This document shows, one piece after another, positions 1 to 7,463 of a stretch of 11,950 nt of DNA (position 1 is its first letter; every line of letters begins with the position of its first letter). The DNA is taken from positions 1 to 11,950 of the forward strand of contig JBGCDR010000073.1 of the NCBI GenBank assembly GCA_045105515.1, read 5' to 3'. The notes under the pieces were generated by a model. It saw only the letters and a program-made list of their open reading frames with translations, ran no database searches and had not been told where the DNA came from. The DNA is from Oligoflexales bacterium (GTDB taxonomy: Bacteria > Bdellovibrionota_B > Oligoflexia > Oligoflexales > Bog-1112). A program made the position numbers and the translations under genes.

Positions 1-194
1 CTTAAGATTTTTCTCTTATTAGCTCTTAAACACATCTTAGGAAGGGGAATTTTGATGAAAATATTTTTTTCAAGCACAAATTTGTTTTGAATTCTGGACG
101 GCAAGATTATTTTTGCATTTTCTTATTGAATTCAAGCTTCTTGTAAATCACCAGGATTTTTAAATATTTAATTTTTTCAATGAATAGAGCCTTG

Positions 195-340
195 AAGCCT
201 AATAATTCCTTACAACAAATTTCTAGCATTCAGATTAGTTTGACTGATTTAAACCAAGGCCAAAATTTATAAGTCTGTTTTTATTATCAATGGTTTTGAA
301 GTAAGGTTTCAAGATCTATGCTTACGGATAGAGAGTGGGT
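195..340. repeat. Decayed copy of the att-end sequence at 4736-4910
   Basis: Manual alignment: 208-253 vs 4751-4796 is 39/46 identical without gaps; 276-314 vs 4841-4878 is 36/39 identical with one gap. It ends in CGGATAGAGAGTGGGT (325-340), versus CGGAGAGTGAGGGGT in the intact core. Confidence 0.9.
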
Positions 341-385
341 GCAAAGTACTGATCATTCGATGCAAACAACAGCTAGTAACCAAGC

Positions 386-850
386 TCAATTTTTACCAAA
401 TTCGCACCAATTGACTTTCTTTTTTGTGCCACCATTGTAAAAATATCCAAGCTTGTTCTTCCGAATTTCTTCAGCAACCGACTTTCCATCAGCAATCACA
501 TCAGCAACAATTCTAAAATATTTTCCTCTTTTTATATTGAGGAGATCAATTCGCTCAGCTGATTCCATCATCCCTTTTACAAAAAGCCGCCCCTTAAATG
601 CCAGATCTTTCTCACATTGATCCTTCGTCCTAATCTCGGGGGTATCTATGCCTTTTACTCTAATAGAGATTCTTTCCCCAACCAAGGGATGAACATCTGG
701 GATATTAAAAGTGATCGTATCAGCATCATAATTTTTCAGATATTTAACACAACGAAAATTATGCGCATCATGTAAGCAATCTGGTGTTTGTGCAAATACA
801 GTGGATATAAAAGCAAAGAAAAAGGCAAAAATCTTGGAGGGAAGCCTCAC
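386..850 (-). CDS. Secreted thermonuclease (SNase/micrococcal nuclease family)
   Basis: N-terminal signal peptide (KIFAFFFAFISTVFA). SNase motifs YDADTI (cf. DGDT), IRVKGIDTPE and GKYFRIVADV (cf. DxYGRxLA). GTG start overlaps the upstream TGA stop. Confidence 0.9.
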   Translation of the reverse strand: MRLPSKIFAFFFAFISTVFAQTPDCLHDAHNFRCVKYLKNYDADTITFNIPDVHPLVGERISIRVKGIDTPEIRTKDQCEKDLAFKGRLFVKGMMESAERIDLLNIKRGKYFRIVADVIADGKSVAEEIRKNKLGYFYNGGTKKKVNWCEFGKN

Positions 851-1983
851 TGTTCAACCCATATTTCTTTATTATCTAAGATCCTTGAACCACCAACTTC
901 ATTAGAAGTTAGATTAAAAAATTTAATTCGAGGTATAGCTGCTTTATCAACACTTTGGTGGTACTTAATCCATGCACTACCAATATTCCTCGCCGTAGCA
1001 AGTCTAACCCTGTATGGCTCTAATTGCCAAAAATCAGAAACTACAACTTCCAGGACTTCATATTGACCTCCAATTAAACCTTTTCTCATATCTACAATGT
1101 ATTTATCAAATCCAGGCACGCTTGCAGTTTTTTCTTTAAAGCGCTGAAGTGCTAAATCAAAGCCCTCTGCCGGTGGTACAAACGAACCTGATTTTATCGA
1201 TTCGACCATAGATAAGAGTTTTTTATATTCTGCCTTATAGTACTTTATTTGGCGTGAAGCCTGATCCAAGTCTTTGAAACTCTCCCTTCTGATTTCTCTT
1301 GAGGGAAAGTATTTTGGATGCCAAAAATCAATTCCAATATTGTCAACATATGAAATAACTGACATCCATGTATCTTTTAAACTGCTATATTTTTTCGGTG
1401 GAGAGATTCCGCTTCCATAGCTTAAATCGTCAAACTCCTTTCTCCATATTTCAGTACTAATATAAATTTTTTTCAAAACATCCTTAGCTATTTTTCTATC
1501 GTCATACACCTCTAAGTTTTTTTGCATAAAGGAAATGTAATCTTGGCTTTCTTCCATTCGCTTAGAAAGGTACTCCAAATATACTGAGATAGACACCGAC
1601 TCAGCAGTATTTATGACTTTTATACTGATATCTCTTTCAGATTCTTTCTCAGTCATTATGCCAATAAGAATACCAAATAAAAAACAAGCTAAAGCACCAT
1701 AAAAAGTAAATCTCACAAATCTCACAAAATCTTTGCCTTTAGACTCGGACTCCTGTGCTCTATTTACTTGTTTCTTCTTGAACCTTGCAACGGAATTACC
1801 AAAACCTTTATCAATGTACTCTAAAAACACCCATTCATTTCCACTCATCTTTGAAATCATACTTTTGAGGTTTTTTTCTCTTGTCTTTTCGGTTACCCCT
1901 CCAATGAGCTGCTCCTTGGTTATCCAAGTTTCATGAAGGTCAGTGCCTTCCTCTATTGGTTCTAAATCTCTGGCTGATTCCAC
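847..1983 (-). CDS. Hypothetical single-pass membrane protein
   Basis: 378-aa ORF with GGAG RBS before GTG. One hydrophobic segment (FTFYGALACFLFGILIGIM) near residues 92-110. 4-bp overlap with the nuclease gene. Confidence 0.75.
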   Translation of the reverse strand: MESARDLEPIEEGTDLHETWITKEQLIGGVTEKTREKNLKSMISKMSGNEWVFLEYIDKGFGNSVARFKKKQVNRAQESESKGKDFVRFVRFTFYGALACFLFGILIGIMTEKESERDISIKVINTAESVSISVYLEYLSKRMEESQDYISFMQKNLEVYDDRKIAKDVLKKIYISTEIWRKEFDDLSYGSGISPPKKYSSLKDTWMSVISYVDNIGIDFWHPKYFPSREIRRESFKDLDQASRQIKYYKAEYKKLLSMVESIKSGSFVPPAEGFDLALQRFKEKTASVPGFDKYIVDMRKGLIGGQYEVLEVVVSDFWQLEPYRVRLATARNIGSAWIKYHQSVDKAAIPRIKFFNLTSNEVGGSRILDNKEIWVEQ

Positions 1984-2053
1984 TTTTATCTCCGTTCCAA
2001 AAAAAACCTTACTTCCAACATATCTCGGTACTTAAGGCAGAATATTAATTATT

Positions 2054-2073
2054 TTATAGGGGTACCCCTATAA
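2054..2073. promoter_or_regulatory. Perfect 20-bp palindrome, probable XRE operator
   Basis: TTATAGGGGTACCCCTATAA is its own reverse complement. It sits in the divergent intergenic region upstream of an XRE gene and is followed directly by the imperfect palindrome CTGTAGGAATCCACAG (2074-2089). Confidence 0.65.
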
Positions 2074-2130
2074 CTGTAGGAATCCACAGATCTTTTCCCC
2101 TGACATATATTTCTTTATTGGGGGTTATTA

Positions 2131-2442
2131 ATGGGATTGGATCGTCAAATATCAAAAAACCTTCGCGTAATCAGGCATGAAAAAGGTCTGTCACAGCGCG
2201 AACTGTCCGAAACAACTGGATTTGATGAAAAATTTATCTCTCAACTTGAAAATAAACCTCGTCACATCTCGACCAAAACACTCGAAAGACTTGCTAAAGG
2301 TTTAAATATATCACCAAGTGAGCTAATAAAATCTAAAGGAAGCGGGAAAGCTAACAATTCTCTACCGAAATCTTATGCTGTAGGCTTTGATGAAGCAATT
2401 AAAATCCTAAAAATGCATAGGATGAATATCAAAGAGAAATAG
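2131..2442 (+). CDS. XRE-family (HTH_3) transcriptional regulator
   Basis: NLRVIRHEKGLSQRELSETTGFDEKFISQLEN...STKTLERLAKGLNISPSEL is a canonical XRE HTH pattern. Confidence 0.92.
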   Translation: MGLDRQISKNLRVIRHEKGLSQRELSETTGFDEKFISQLENKPRHISTKTLERLAKGLNISPSELIKSKGSGKANNSLPKSYAVGFDEAIKILKMHRMNIKEK

Positions 2443-2778
2443 AGCCCAAACAAACAAACCCAGTACTAAAATCAAATGACATCAAAAGCATTTCGGATGT
2501 CCCCAGGGATGTGGTGTTTTTTGTCTCCAACAAAATAAATCCCTTGAGTTAGATTAACACTATCTTTTTAGGTTTGTAATGGAGATCCCATTGCACACAT
2601 TACCTTGGTTTTTCCATCTTTCGGAACTAATACAACCTTGTAGAGGAAGATTTGTAGTTTTTTTATCATGTATGGTTTTTCTTAAAGCTTTTATAAAACC
2701 GGAACAAAACTAGCTTGCATTAAAGATAATCTCGCTTTGAAGAATGGCAATGGAGATCGAAAGAGTTCATGGCAGAAG

Positions 2779-3201
2779 CTAAAAAGTAGGTTCAATTAAG
2801 ATCAAAGCTAGTTTCCGAACATTGTTGGATTGCCCACGAGTTAACTTGCTCGTAAAAATACAGTGACCATAATTCGGTTCTTGAGTTCTTCCGGAGAGAG
2901 AAGTTCTTTTCAGAGGGTCATGTCTAATTGTTACCTCACCTTTAGATGCTTCTTCAATCATTTTTGTAGAAAATTCAATTAGGCCCGAATTACTAGAAAA
3001 TTGGGGGTCAATGTAACCTCTCCTTGATTTTTCCGGACTACTAAATATTGCTAAATCGCATGATAAGCCATTTTTATCAACGAAAAAACTGGCAGTTACA
3101 TTCTTTTCTTCTGACTTATATTGTGCCATATCTGAAATTGAACGATATAATTTCTGTTCTAAGGAGATAGTACCTAAATCAATCCAAAAAATCTTCGCCA
3201 A
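2779..3201 (-). CDS. Putative ADP-ribosyltransferase-fold toxin (start revised from 3327 to TTG at 3201)
   Basis: Motifs EQKLYRSI, FFVDKNGLSCD and RHDP...NYGH resemble the R...S...H pattern of small ART-fold toxins. The in-frame TTG at 3201 lies just after the upstream stop at 3206 and avoids a 122-bp overlap. The function call is inference. Confidence 0.6.
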   Translation of the reverse strand: MAKIFWIDLGTISLEQKLYRSISDMAQYKSEEKNVTASFFVDKNGLSCDLAIFSSPEKSRRGYIDPQFSSNSGLIEFSTKMIEEASKGEVTIRHDPLKRTSLSGRTQEPNYGHCIFTSKLTRGQSNNVRKLALILIEPTF

Positions 3202-3205
3202 AAAT

Positions 3206-3754
3206 CTACTTAAATAACCAATCCAATTTTTCTTCCATATCTGCTTGCGGATTAAAGGGATGATCATCAATCTCAATTGCCCTAGCAGTGTCTTCTTGAT
3301 AGCAAACAGATCCATTATCCACATCAAAGGTTATAGCAAGTTTTTTGTTTTGATAAGTAACTTCCACGGCTATAGTTCCATCAGCTATTGGCTCAATAGC
3401 TAGGCATTTGCTTTGTGTTAGATTCAATTTTCCTAAAGAGCTAAAAACACTCAGTATGAAGGTCTCTGCGACACCTAAATTATTTTTTGTAACCGGTTGG
3501 CCTAAATGTCCATCCCAACCCAAATCAAACTCACTAATCCTCTTCAACTCACTTAAAGATAGTTCTAATTCATTCTCAGTACACCTTCGCTGCGAAGTTA
3601 CAGAACATTCGTCGTTTGATATTGTTTGAGTGGTTTTTCTTTTTTCTTCAAATCCTGCGGTTCTTGTAAAACGTCTATAATAGCTCGATGAGGATGATCC
3701 GATATCTGAAAATGTAGAAGCATCATTTATGTAAGGAGCAGTACTAGCTGTCAT
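3206..3754 (-). CDS. Hypothetical 'WDG'-motif protein, putative antitoxin
   Basis: LSELKRISEFDLGWDGHLGQPV...AIEPIADGTIAVEV matches a pattern (L..L..NWDGY.A.P...P..DG.I.LEW) I recognise from TIGR04255 neighbours. The N-terminal ~60 aa are S/T-rich. ATGA overlap with the upstream gene. Confidence 0.7.
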   Translation of the reverse strand: MTASTAPYINDASTFSDIGSSSSSYYRRFTRTAGFEEKRKTTQTISNDECSVTSQRRCTENELELSLSELKRISEFDLGWDGHLGQPVTKNNLGVAETFILSVFSSLGKLNLTQSKCLAIEPIADGTIAVEVTYQNKKLAITFDVDNGSVCYQEDTARAIEIDDHPFNPQADMEEKLDWLFK

Positions 3755-4473
3755 GAATGCAAACCTCCTAAAACCTCTTTCCGGTACTTCTCTGAAATTA
3801 CTTTTTCGAACCTTGATAAAGTCAAGTCATGCAAATCATTAAGAAGATCGGAATATTCTTGACCATTTATTAGCGGTTTCTTAAAAGACAAATCAAATTG
3901 GAGAGTTACAGTTTCACCGTTTTTACGTACAGCCACTCGAACCTGCTCATTGAAATTGTCGGCTTCCAAAATTCCTTCCCCAAGTGAAATATCACTTGGA
4001 AAACGGGAGTTCTGATACTTTTTAGGTATCAATTCACCATCACAAATCAAATAAGAACCCAGCATGAAATTCCCATCAGCTATGACGGCTTCATTCTTAG
4101 CTGTTAGCGAAATGGATGATATATCAACTTTCTTAACTTCATTAACTACTTTCAAGACCTTTTTCAGAAACTCATAAAAGGAAGCCCAACCTGGATAGTC
4201 TTTGACAAAATTTACAGTAATTTCTGAAGCGGAAATTTGAACTAGTCTTGTTTTGGACTCATTCCAACATCTAAACCCAGTTGAAGCTGCAGATAAAGTA
4301 TGCCCTCCAACACTTAAATCTATGCTAGAACTAATCTCTGGCAATCCCAAACCAATGCTCTGAAATTTGGGGAAAAGTCCAAACCATGAATCCACAGACA
4401 GTTTAGCTTTTGTCAACTTGACCCCAGCATACATCTCAAGTAATGAAGGCTTATTATATTTGTATTCGCTCAT
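3751..4473 (-). CDS. TIGR04255-family protein
   Basis: N-terminal YNKPSLLEM, central RLVQISASEITVNFVKDYPGWASF and C-terminal LNDLHDLTLSRFEKVISE match the family pattern as I recall it; 240 aa. Confidence 0.75.
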   Translation of the reverse strand: MSEYKYNKPSLLEMYAGVKLTKAKLSVDSWFGLFPKFQSIGLGLPEISSSIDLSVGGHTLSAASTGFRCWNESKTRLVQISASEITVNFVKDYPGWASFYEFLKKVLKVVNEVKKVDISSISLTAKNEAVIADGNFMLGSYLICDGELIPKKYQNSRFPSDISLGEGILEADNFNEQVRVAVRKNGETVTLQFDLSFKKPLINGQEYSDLLNDLHDLTLSRFEKVISEKYRKEVLGGLHS

Positions 4474-4723
4474 GGTCTTTTTTCATAATTTCTGTTCAAC
4501 TTCACCAAATTAGGCCATATCAAACACACTCAAATCTTTCAATACCTATTTTGCCATGTATTCTGTCATAGGGGTATGGATCGTTACTATCCGGTTATGC
4601 ATTACATTGACAATGGCGCAGTTGATTGCAGAGTCATCCCATCCAGATCTTATCGGAGCCTTATCAAACTCAACAACAATCAAGCGACTTATCTCTTTAT
4701 AATTATTATAATAATGGCGATTC

Positions 4724-4771
4724 TGTAGTAAACCTAAGCTTACTACAAGCCCTTACTACAAATTACTACAA
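4724..4771. repeat. Integrase arm-type-like repeats, TTACTACAA x3 plus one inverted copy
   Basis: TTACTACAA at 4740-4748, 4753-4761 and 4763-4771; inverted TGTAGTAA at 4724-4731. They lie ~120-170 bp from the att core. Confidence 0.75.
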
Positions 4772-4892
4772 CTCAGATTATTTTAACTGATTTAAAGTGA
4801 TATCGCCTCAAAGGCTGAGGAACCATACTCGATAAGCTTATGTTTTTATTATCAGTGGTTTTAAGTAGGGTTTCAAGAAGTGTGTTTAAGCG

Positions 4893-4910
4893 TGGCGGAG
4901 AGTGAGGGGT
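4893..4910 (-). other. att core: 3'-terminal fragment of a tRNA-Ser gene (not a full tRNA)
   Basis: The minus strand reads AC-CCCTC-ACTCTCC-G-CCA, i.e. end of T-loop, 3' T-stem, 3' acceptor strand, G discriminator and CCA. It is about 60 bp from the integrase stop, and the rest of the tRNA is absent. Confidence 0.85.
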
Positions 4911-4940
4911 GATGCTAACACCCCATTATCTCAAAACCTT

Positions 4941-4967
4941 TATCAACTCCTTGTGACTAATTGTGAC
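4941..4967. repeat. IHF-consensus site plus second arm-type-like repeat TTGTGAC x2
   Basis: TATCAACTCCTTG (4941-4953) fits WATCAANNNNTTR. TTGTGAC occurs at 4951 and 4961 (10-bp period), between the core and the integrase stop. Confidence 0.6.
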
Positions 4968-4969
4968 AT

Positions 4970-6064
4970 TTACGATTTTGACTCAAAGTTGATTACTTTC
5001 CCCAGGGATGCTTCGTGATCATGAAGATTAAGACAATCGGTGATTCCTTTTATAGCAATACCAGCCTTACGTATGTAGATCATCATGGTCTTCATATCCT
5101 TCCAACCACCCATCATCATGACTTTTGCTGGAGCCACATTTTTAGAAAGCATCAGTGTTGCCCATGTGGCCCTTAAATCATGAAACCGCACCTCAGGTAA
5201 GCGTATGCCAAATAGAAACTTTCGAAGCTCTCTAGCTTGCTCTCCTTGAGTCCATTCACGCATGTGCGGTAAAACGAAATGAGTATCTACCATGGAAAGC
5301 TTAAGTTCTTTTAGAAGTGGGACTAAAGGGGCAGCGATTTCAACGATACGATCATCACCAGACTTAGTATCTTTAAATCCGCCCTTTTTAACCCAGGCTC
5401 GATCGACAAGGATTTGCCGGTTTTCAAAGTTAACTTTGTCCCAAGTCAGAGCATAAAGCTCGCCATTACGCATTCCAGTGTATAGAGCCATCGCCACATG
5501 GGGATACCATGGCCAATTCAAGGTTTTTCCTTGTTGGAGCAAAATTTTTGCATGTTCTTCCGTTAAGACCTTTTTTATCTTATCCCCAGTTTTAAAAGCC
5601 ATTTTTGGCACTGGATCACGAGATATGTATCCATTTTCAAGGGCAAAAATAAAAACCGCACGAATGTACTTGAGCATCGCCTGTTTATGACTCGGAGCGT
5701 TATCCTTGAAGTTGATAAGGATCAAGTCTCGAATCTGCTGAGTTGTAATCTCATTAATTAGAGTTGATCCCCACTGTTCAAAGGTTGCAGCCTTGATGCA
5801 TTGTTCAGAGTTGTAGATCGTAATGGGAGCTAAACCTTTGGCGCGACACGATTCAATATACTCAAGAACACAAGTTTTCCAGTTGGGGAATTTAGTTTCA
5901 TAAATTTTCCTCTCAACCTGTGCAATGAGTTCTCGCTCTACAGCCTTGATTTTTGACTTTTGTTTAACGATTCTCCGGGCATTTACAGACTTACCTGTCA
6001 TTGGGTTTCGTTTGCTATATGTTACTATCCAGTATTTCTGATCCTCAATATACCTGACACTCAT
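4970..6064 (-). CDS. int: Tyrosine recombinase / site-specific integrase
   Basis: ALYTGMRNGEL (R), DTKSG (K), FHDLRATWAT (HxxR) and GGWKDMKTMMIY (W at the H/W position, catalytic Y). N-terminal arm-binding-like region. Confidence 0.97.
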   Translation of the reverse strand: MSVRYIEDQKYWIVTYSKRNPMTGKSVNARRIVKQKSKIKAVERELIAQVERKIYETKFPNWKTCVLEYIESCRAKGLAPITIYNSEQCIKAATFEQWGSTLINEITTQQIRDLILINFKDNAPSHKQAMLKYIRAVFIFALENGYISRDPVPKMAFKTGDKIKKVLTEEHAKILLQQGKTLNWPWYPHVAMALYTGMRNGELYALTWDKVNFENRQILVDRAWVKKGGFKDTKSGDDRIVEIAAPLVPLLKELKLSMVDTHFVLPHMREWTQGEQARELRKFLFGIRLPEVRFHDLRATWATLMLSKNVAPAKVMMMGGWKDMKTMMIYIRKAGIAIKGITDCLNLHDHEASLGKVINFESKS

Positions 6065-6327
6065 AAAAACCTCTTCTTGACGATAAGGTTTCTTAAATCT
6101 TCAACTTTGTAGCGATTGCTTCTACCAAGCTTGTAGTAGGGAAGATCGCCATTGCAGCATAAGTTTAAAAGCGAAGATTCGCTTATTTTTAAATATGCGG
6201 CAGCTTCAAAGGTCGTCATCCATTCATCTGAGTTTTCAAAGAGCCTGCCACAACTACTTGCGCCAGCATATAATTCATTATTCTCGGCTGATTTGGCAAC
6301 CGTAAAATTTGATGTTTTTTGGTTCAT
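6061..6327 (-). CDS. xis: Excisionase-like HTH_17 DNA-binding protein
   Basis: WMTTFEAAAYLKISESSLLNLCCNGDLPYYKLGRSNRYKVEDL is the excisionase/HTH_17 pattern. ATGA overlap with the integrase. Confidence 0.9.
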   Translation of the reverse strand: MNQKTSNFTVAKSAENNELYAGASSCGRLFENSDEWMTTFEAAAYLKISESSLLNLCCNGDLPYYKLGRSNRYKVEDLRNLIVKKRFL

Positions 6328-6824
6328 GCCTCACCCGTCCCTTTTTTAAAACCCTTTACCAAGATGTAATTAATCAAAAGAAATCCCTTGCCAAGTGCAA
6401 CACAACTCCTCCTTGGAAGAAAAGGCTGATCAGGAAACATTCGTTTTCCATTAGAGCGTTTTTCGGCTTCCAAAAGTATTTTTTTGGACTCAGACCGTTG
6501 CGTGTTTTTAGATCTATTAAAGCAATAGTAAGATTTCCATCCTTCTGTTGAAATAACTATAAAATCCACCTTGCTTCCAACAAGAAATGCGTGAAGCTGA
6601 CGAAATAAATATGAATTATCATTTTCAATTACAGTAATTCTCACCCTTTCTTTTTGGAGGAAACCTAAAATAAACTTCAGTTGGGGAGTTTCAAAATTCT
6701 TACGATTCATAGGCAAGCACACCTTACACCCTATATTCCCAAAATAATCACACTCAATTATTGCAAAATAGTTAGAGTGAAAAGCTAAGCCCAGAATTCT
6801 TCCAATTTCTAGGGAAGTATCCAT
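6324..6824 (-). CDS. Degenerate RuvC-like (RNase H fold) protein, probably inactive
   Basis: ILGLAFHSNYFAIIE (cf. ILGIDPG..GAIA), TVIEND, FIVISTEGWKSYY (cf. Y..V.P..WK), KRMFP and GFLLINY (cf. DALLIA.Y). Confidence 0.6.
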   Translation of the reverse strand: MDTSLEIGRILGLAFHSNYFAIIECDYFGNIGCKVCLPMNRKNFETPQLKFILGFLQKERVRITVIENDNSYLFRQLHAFLVGSKVDFIVISTEGWKSYYCFNRSKNTQRSESKKILLEAEKRSNGKRMFPDQPFLPRRSCVALGKGFLLINYILVKGFKKGTGEA

Positions 6825-6826
6825 TA

Positions 6827-7351
6827 CTAATTCCTTTCTTTAAGGAATTTGCGACGGAAATATTCGCAGGGAAGTAAAGCATGAACCAACCCCTCAAAGA
6901 TCCGGTGATTATTTTTGGCAGCTGAAGGATCTTGTGATGCCAGATCCAAAGGCCAAAGATTTTTAGCTATGTGGACCCTGTCACAACCTAGAAGGGATTC
7001 ATCGTCAGTAAATTCTTTCTTTAGATCATCAAAGCAAACCAGCTTTAAATCTAGTTCCATACTATCGCATACTGCTATTAAAAAATTATAGAGTGCAATT
7101 CCATCATTAGCCTCAATGATAAGAGCATTGTCTAAGGTTAAAACCTGTTTTTCCATACATAAAAACATGTTTTTATTGTTCATTGTGAGACTGGAGATTA
7201 TTGCTAACAGCAAATGTAGATCTGCTTTACGAATACCTTTCAATAATGGAATTCGTATATTTAGGCATATTTCTCCTTTCGAATTTAGACCAATGATAGA
7301 GCCATGAATACTTGGGTATACACTTATGAATAATGGTTTTTCTAATTTCAA
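6827..7351 (-). CDS. Degenerate phage-type RuvC-like resolvase, probably inactive
   Basis: FISVYPSIHGSIIGL (cf. IGIDPG..GAIA.L), IP..KG.RKAD, LCMEKQ, LKLVCFDDLKK, AKNLWP and FEGLVHALLPCEYFRR (cf. HDGRADALLIAEYGRR). AGAGGG RBS before TTG. Confidence 0.72.
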   Translation of the reverse strand: MKLEKPLFISVYPSIHGSIIGLNSKGEICLNIRIPLLKGIRKADLHLLLAIISSLTMNNKNMFLCMEKQVLTLDNALIIEANDGIALYNFLIAVCDSMELDLKLVCFDDLKKEFTDDESLLGCDRVHIAKNLWPLDLASQDPSAAKNNHRIFEGLVHALLPCEYFRRKFLKERN

Positions 7352-7392
7352 TTTACTTTACCCTCTATTAATTTAGGCCGAACGAAGTTATT

Positions 7393-7409
7393 GCTTTGAA
7401 TTTCAAAGC
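7393..7409. promoter_or_regulatory. Perfect inverted repeat upstream of the RuvC-like/xis/int genes
   Basis: GCTTTGAA-T-TTCAAAGC in the 112-bp gap between the ATPase and first RuvC-like gene. Confidence 0.4.
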
Positions 7410-7463
7410 CAGTTTCTAATAATTTTTTGAGGTTGAACTTAATTCATGTGATTAACGACACAA

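Larger units (their letters stand above)
341..4892. mobile_element. Integrase-less cargo island or remnant between two att-like cores
   Basis: Bounded by a degenerate core (325-340) and an intact tRNA-Ser-derived core (4893-4910) in direct orientation. It holds only accessory genes and no recombinase ORF. Confidence 0.6.

Noticed and set aside
1708..1728. Short tandem repeat AAATCTCAC x2
   Set aside because: Encodes FVR-FVR in frame within the membrane protein; too short to imply a function.
788..1936. + strand ORFs 788-1066 and 1733-1936
   Set aside because: Antisense shadows of well-supported minus-strand genes, with no motifs.
2472..2669. Minus-strand frame MIKKLQ...PLQT*KDSVNL...AFDVI* with one internal TAA
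   Set aside because: Could be a small pseudogene, but there is no recognisable family or clear RBS.
3202..3327. N-terminal extension of the 2779-3327 ORF
   Set aside because: Overlaps the upstream gene by 122 bp in another frame; TTG at 3201 is a more plausible start.
4546..4683. Short minus-strand frame (LIVVEFDKAPIRSGWDD...) upstream of TIGR04255
   Set aside because: About 45 codons, weak start and no motif.
4724..4771. TTACTACAA repeats as a CRISPR array
   Set aside because: Repeats are 9 bp with 1-4 bp gaps, no spacers and no cas genes; arm-type sites fit better.
4893..4969. Complete tRNA gene
   Set aside because: Only the last 16-18 nt match; there is no TTCGA loop, anticodon arm or 5' acceptor strand.
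3408..7307. + strand ORFs 3408-3629, 5478-5690, 6152-6349, 6309-6551 and 7116-7307
   Set aside because: All lie antisense to motif-bearing genes.
6324..7351. TnpB/Cas12/IscB-type RNA-guided RuvC nucleases
   Set aside because: The proteins are ~170 aa with a contiguous resolvase-type motif order and no zinc finger, bridge helix or REC/WED regions.
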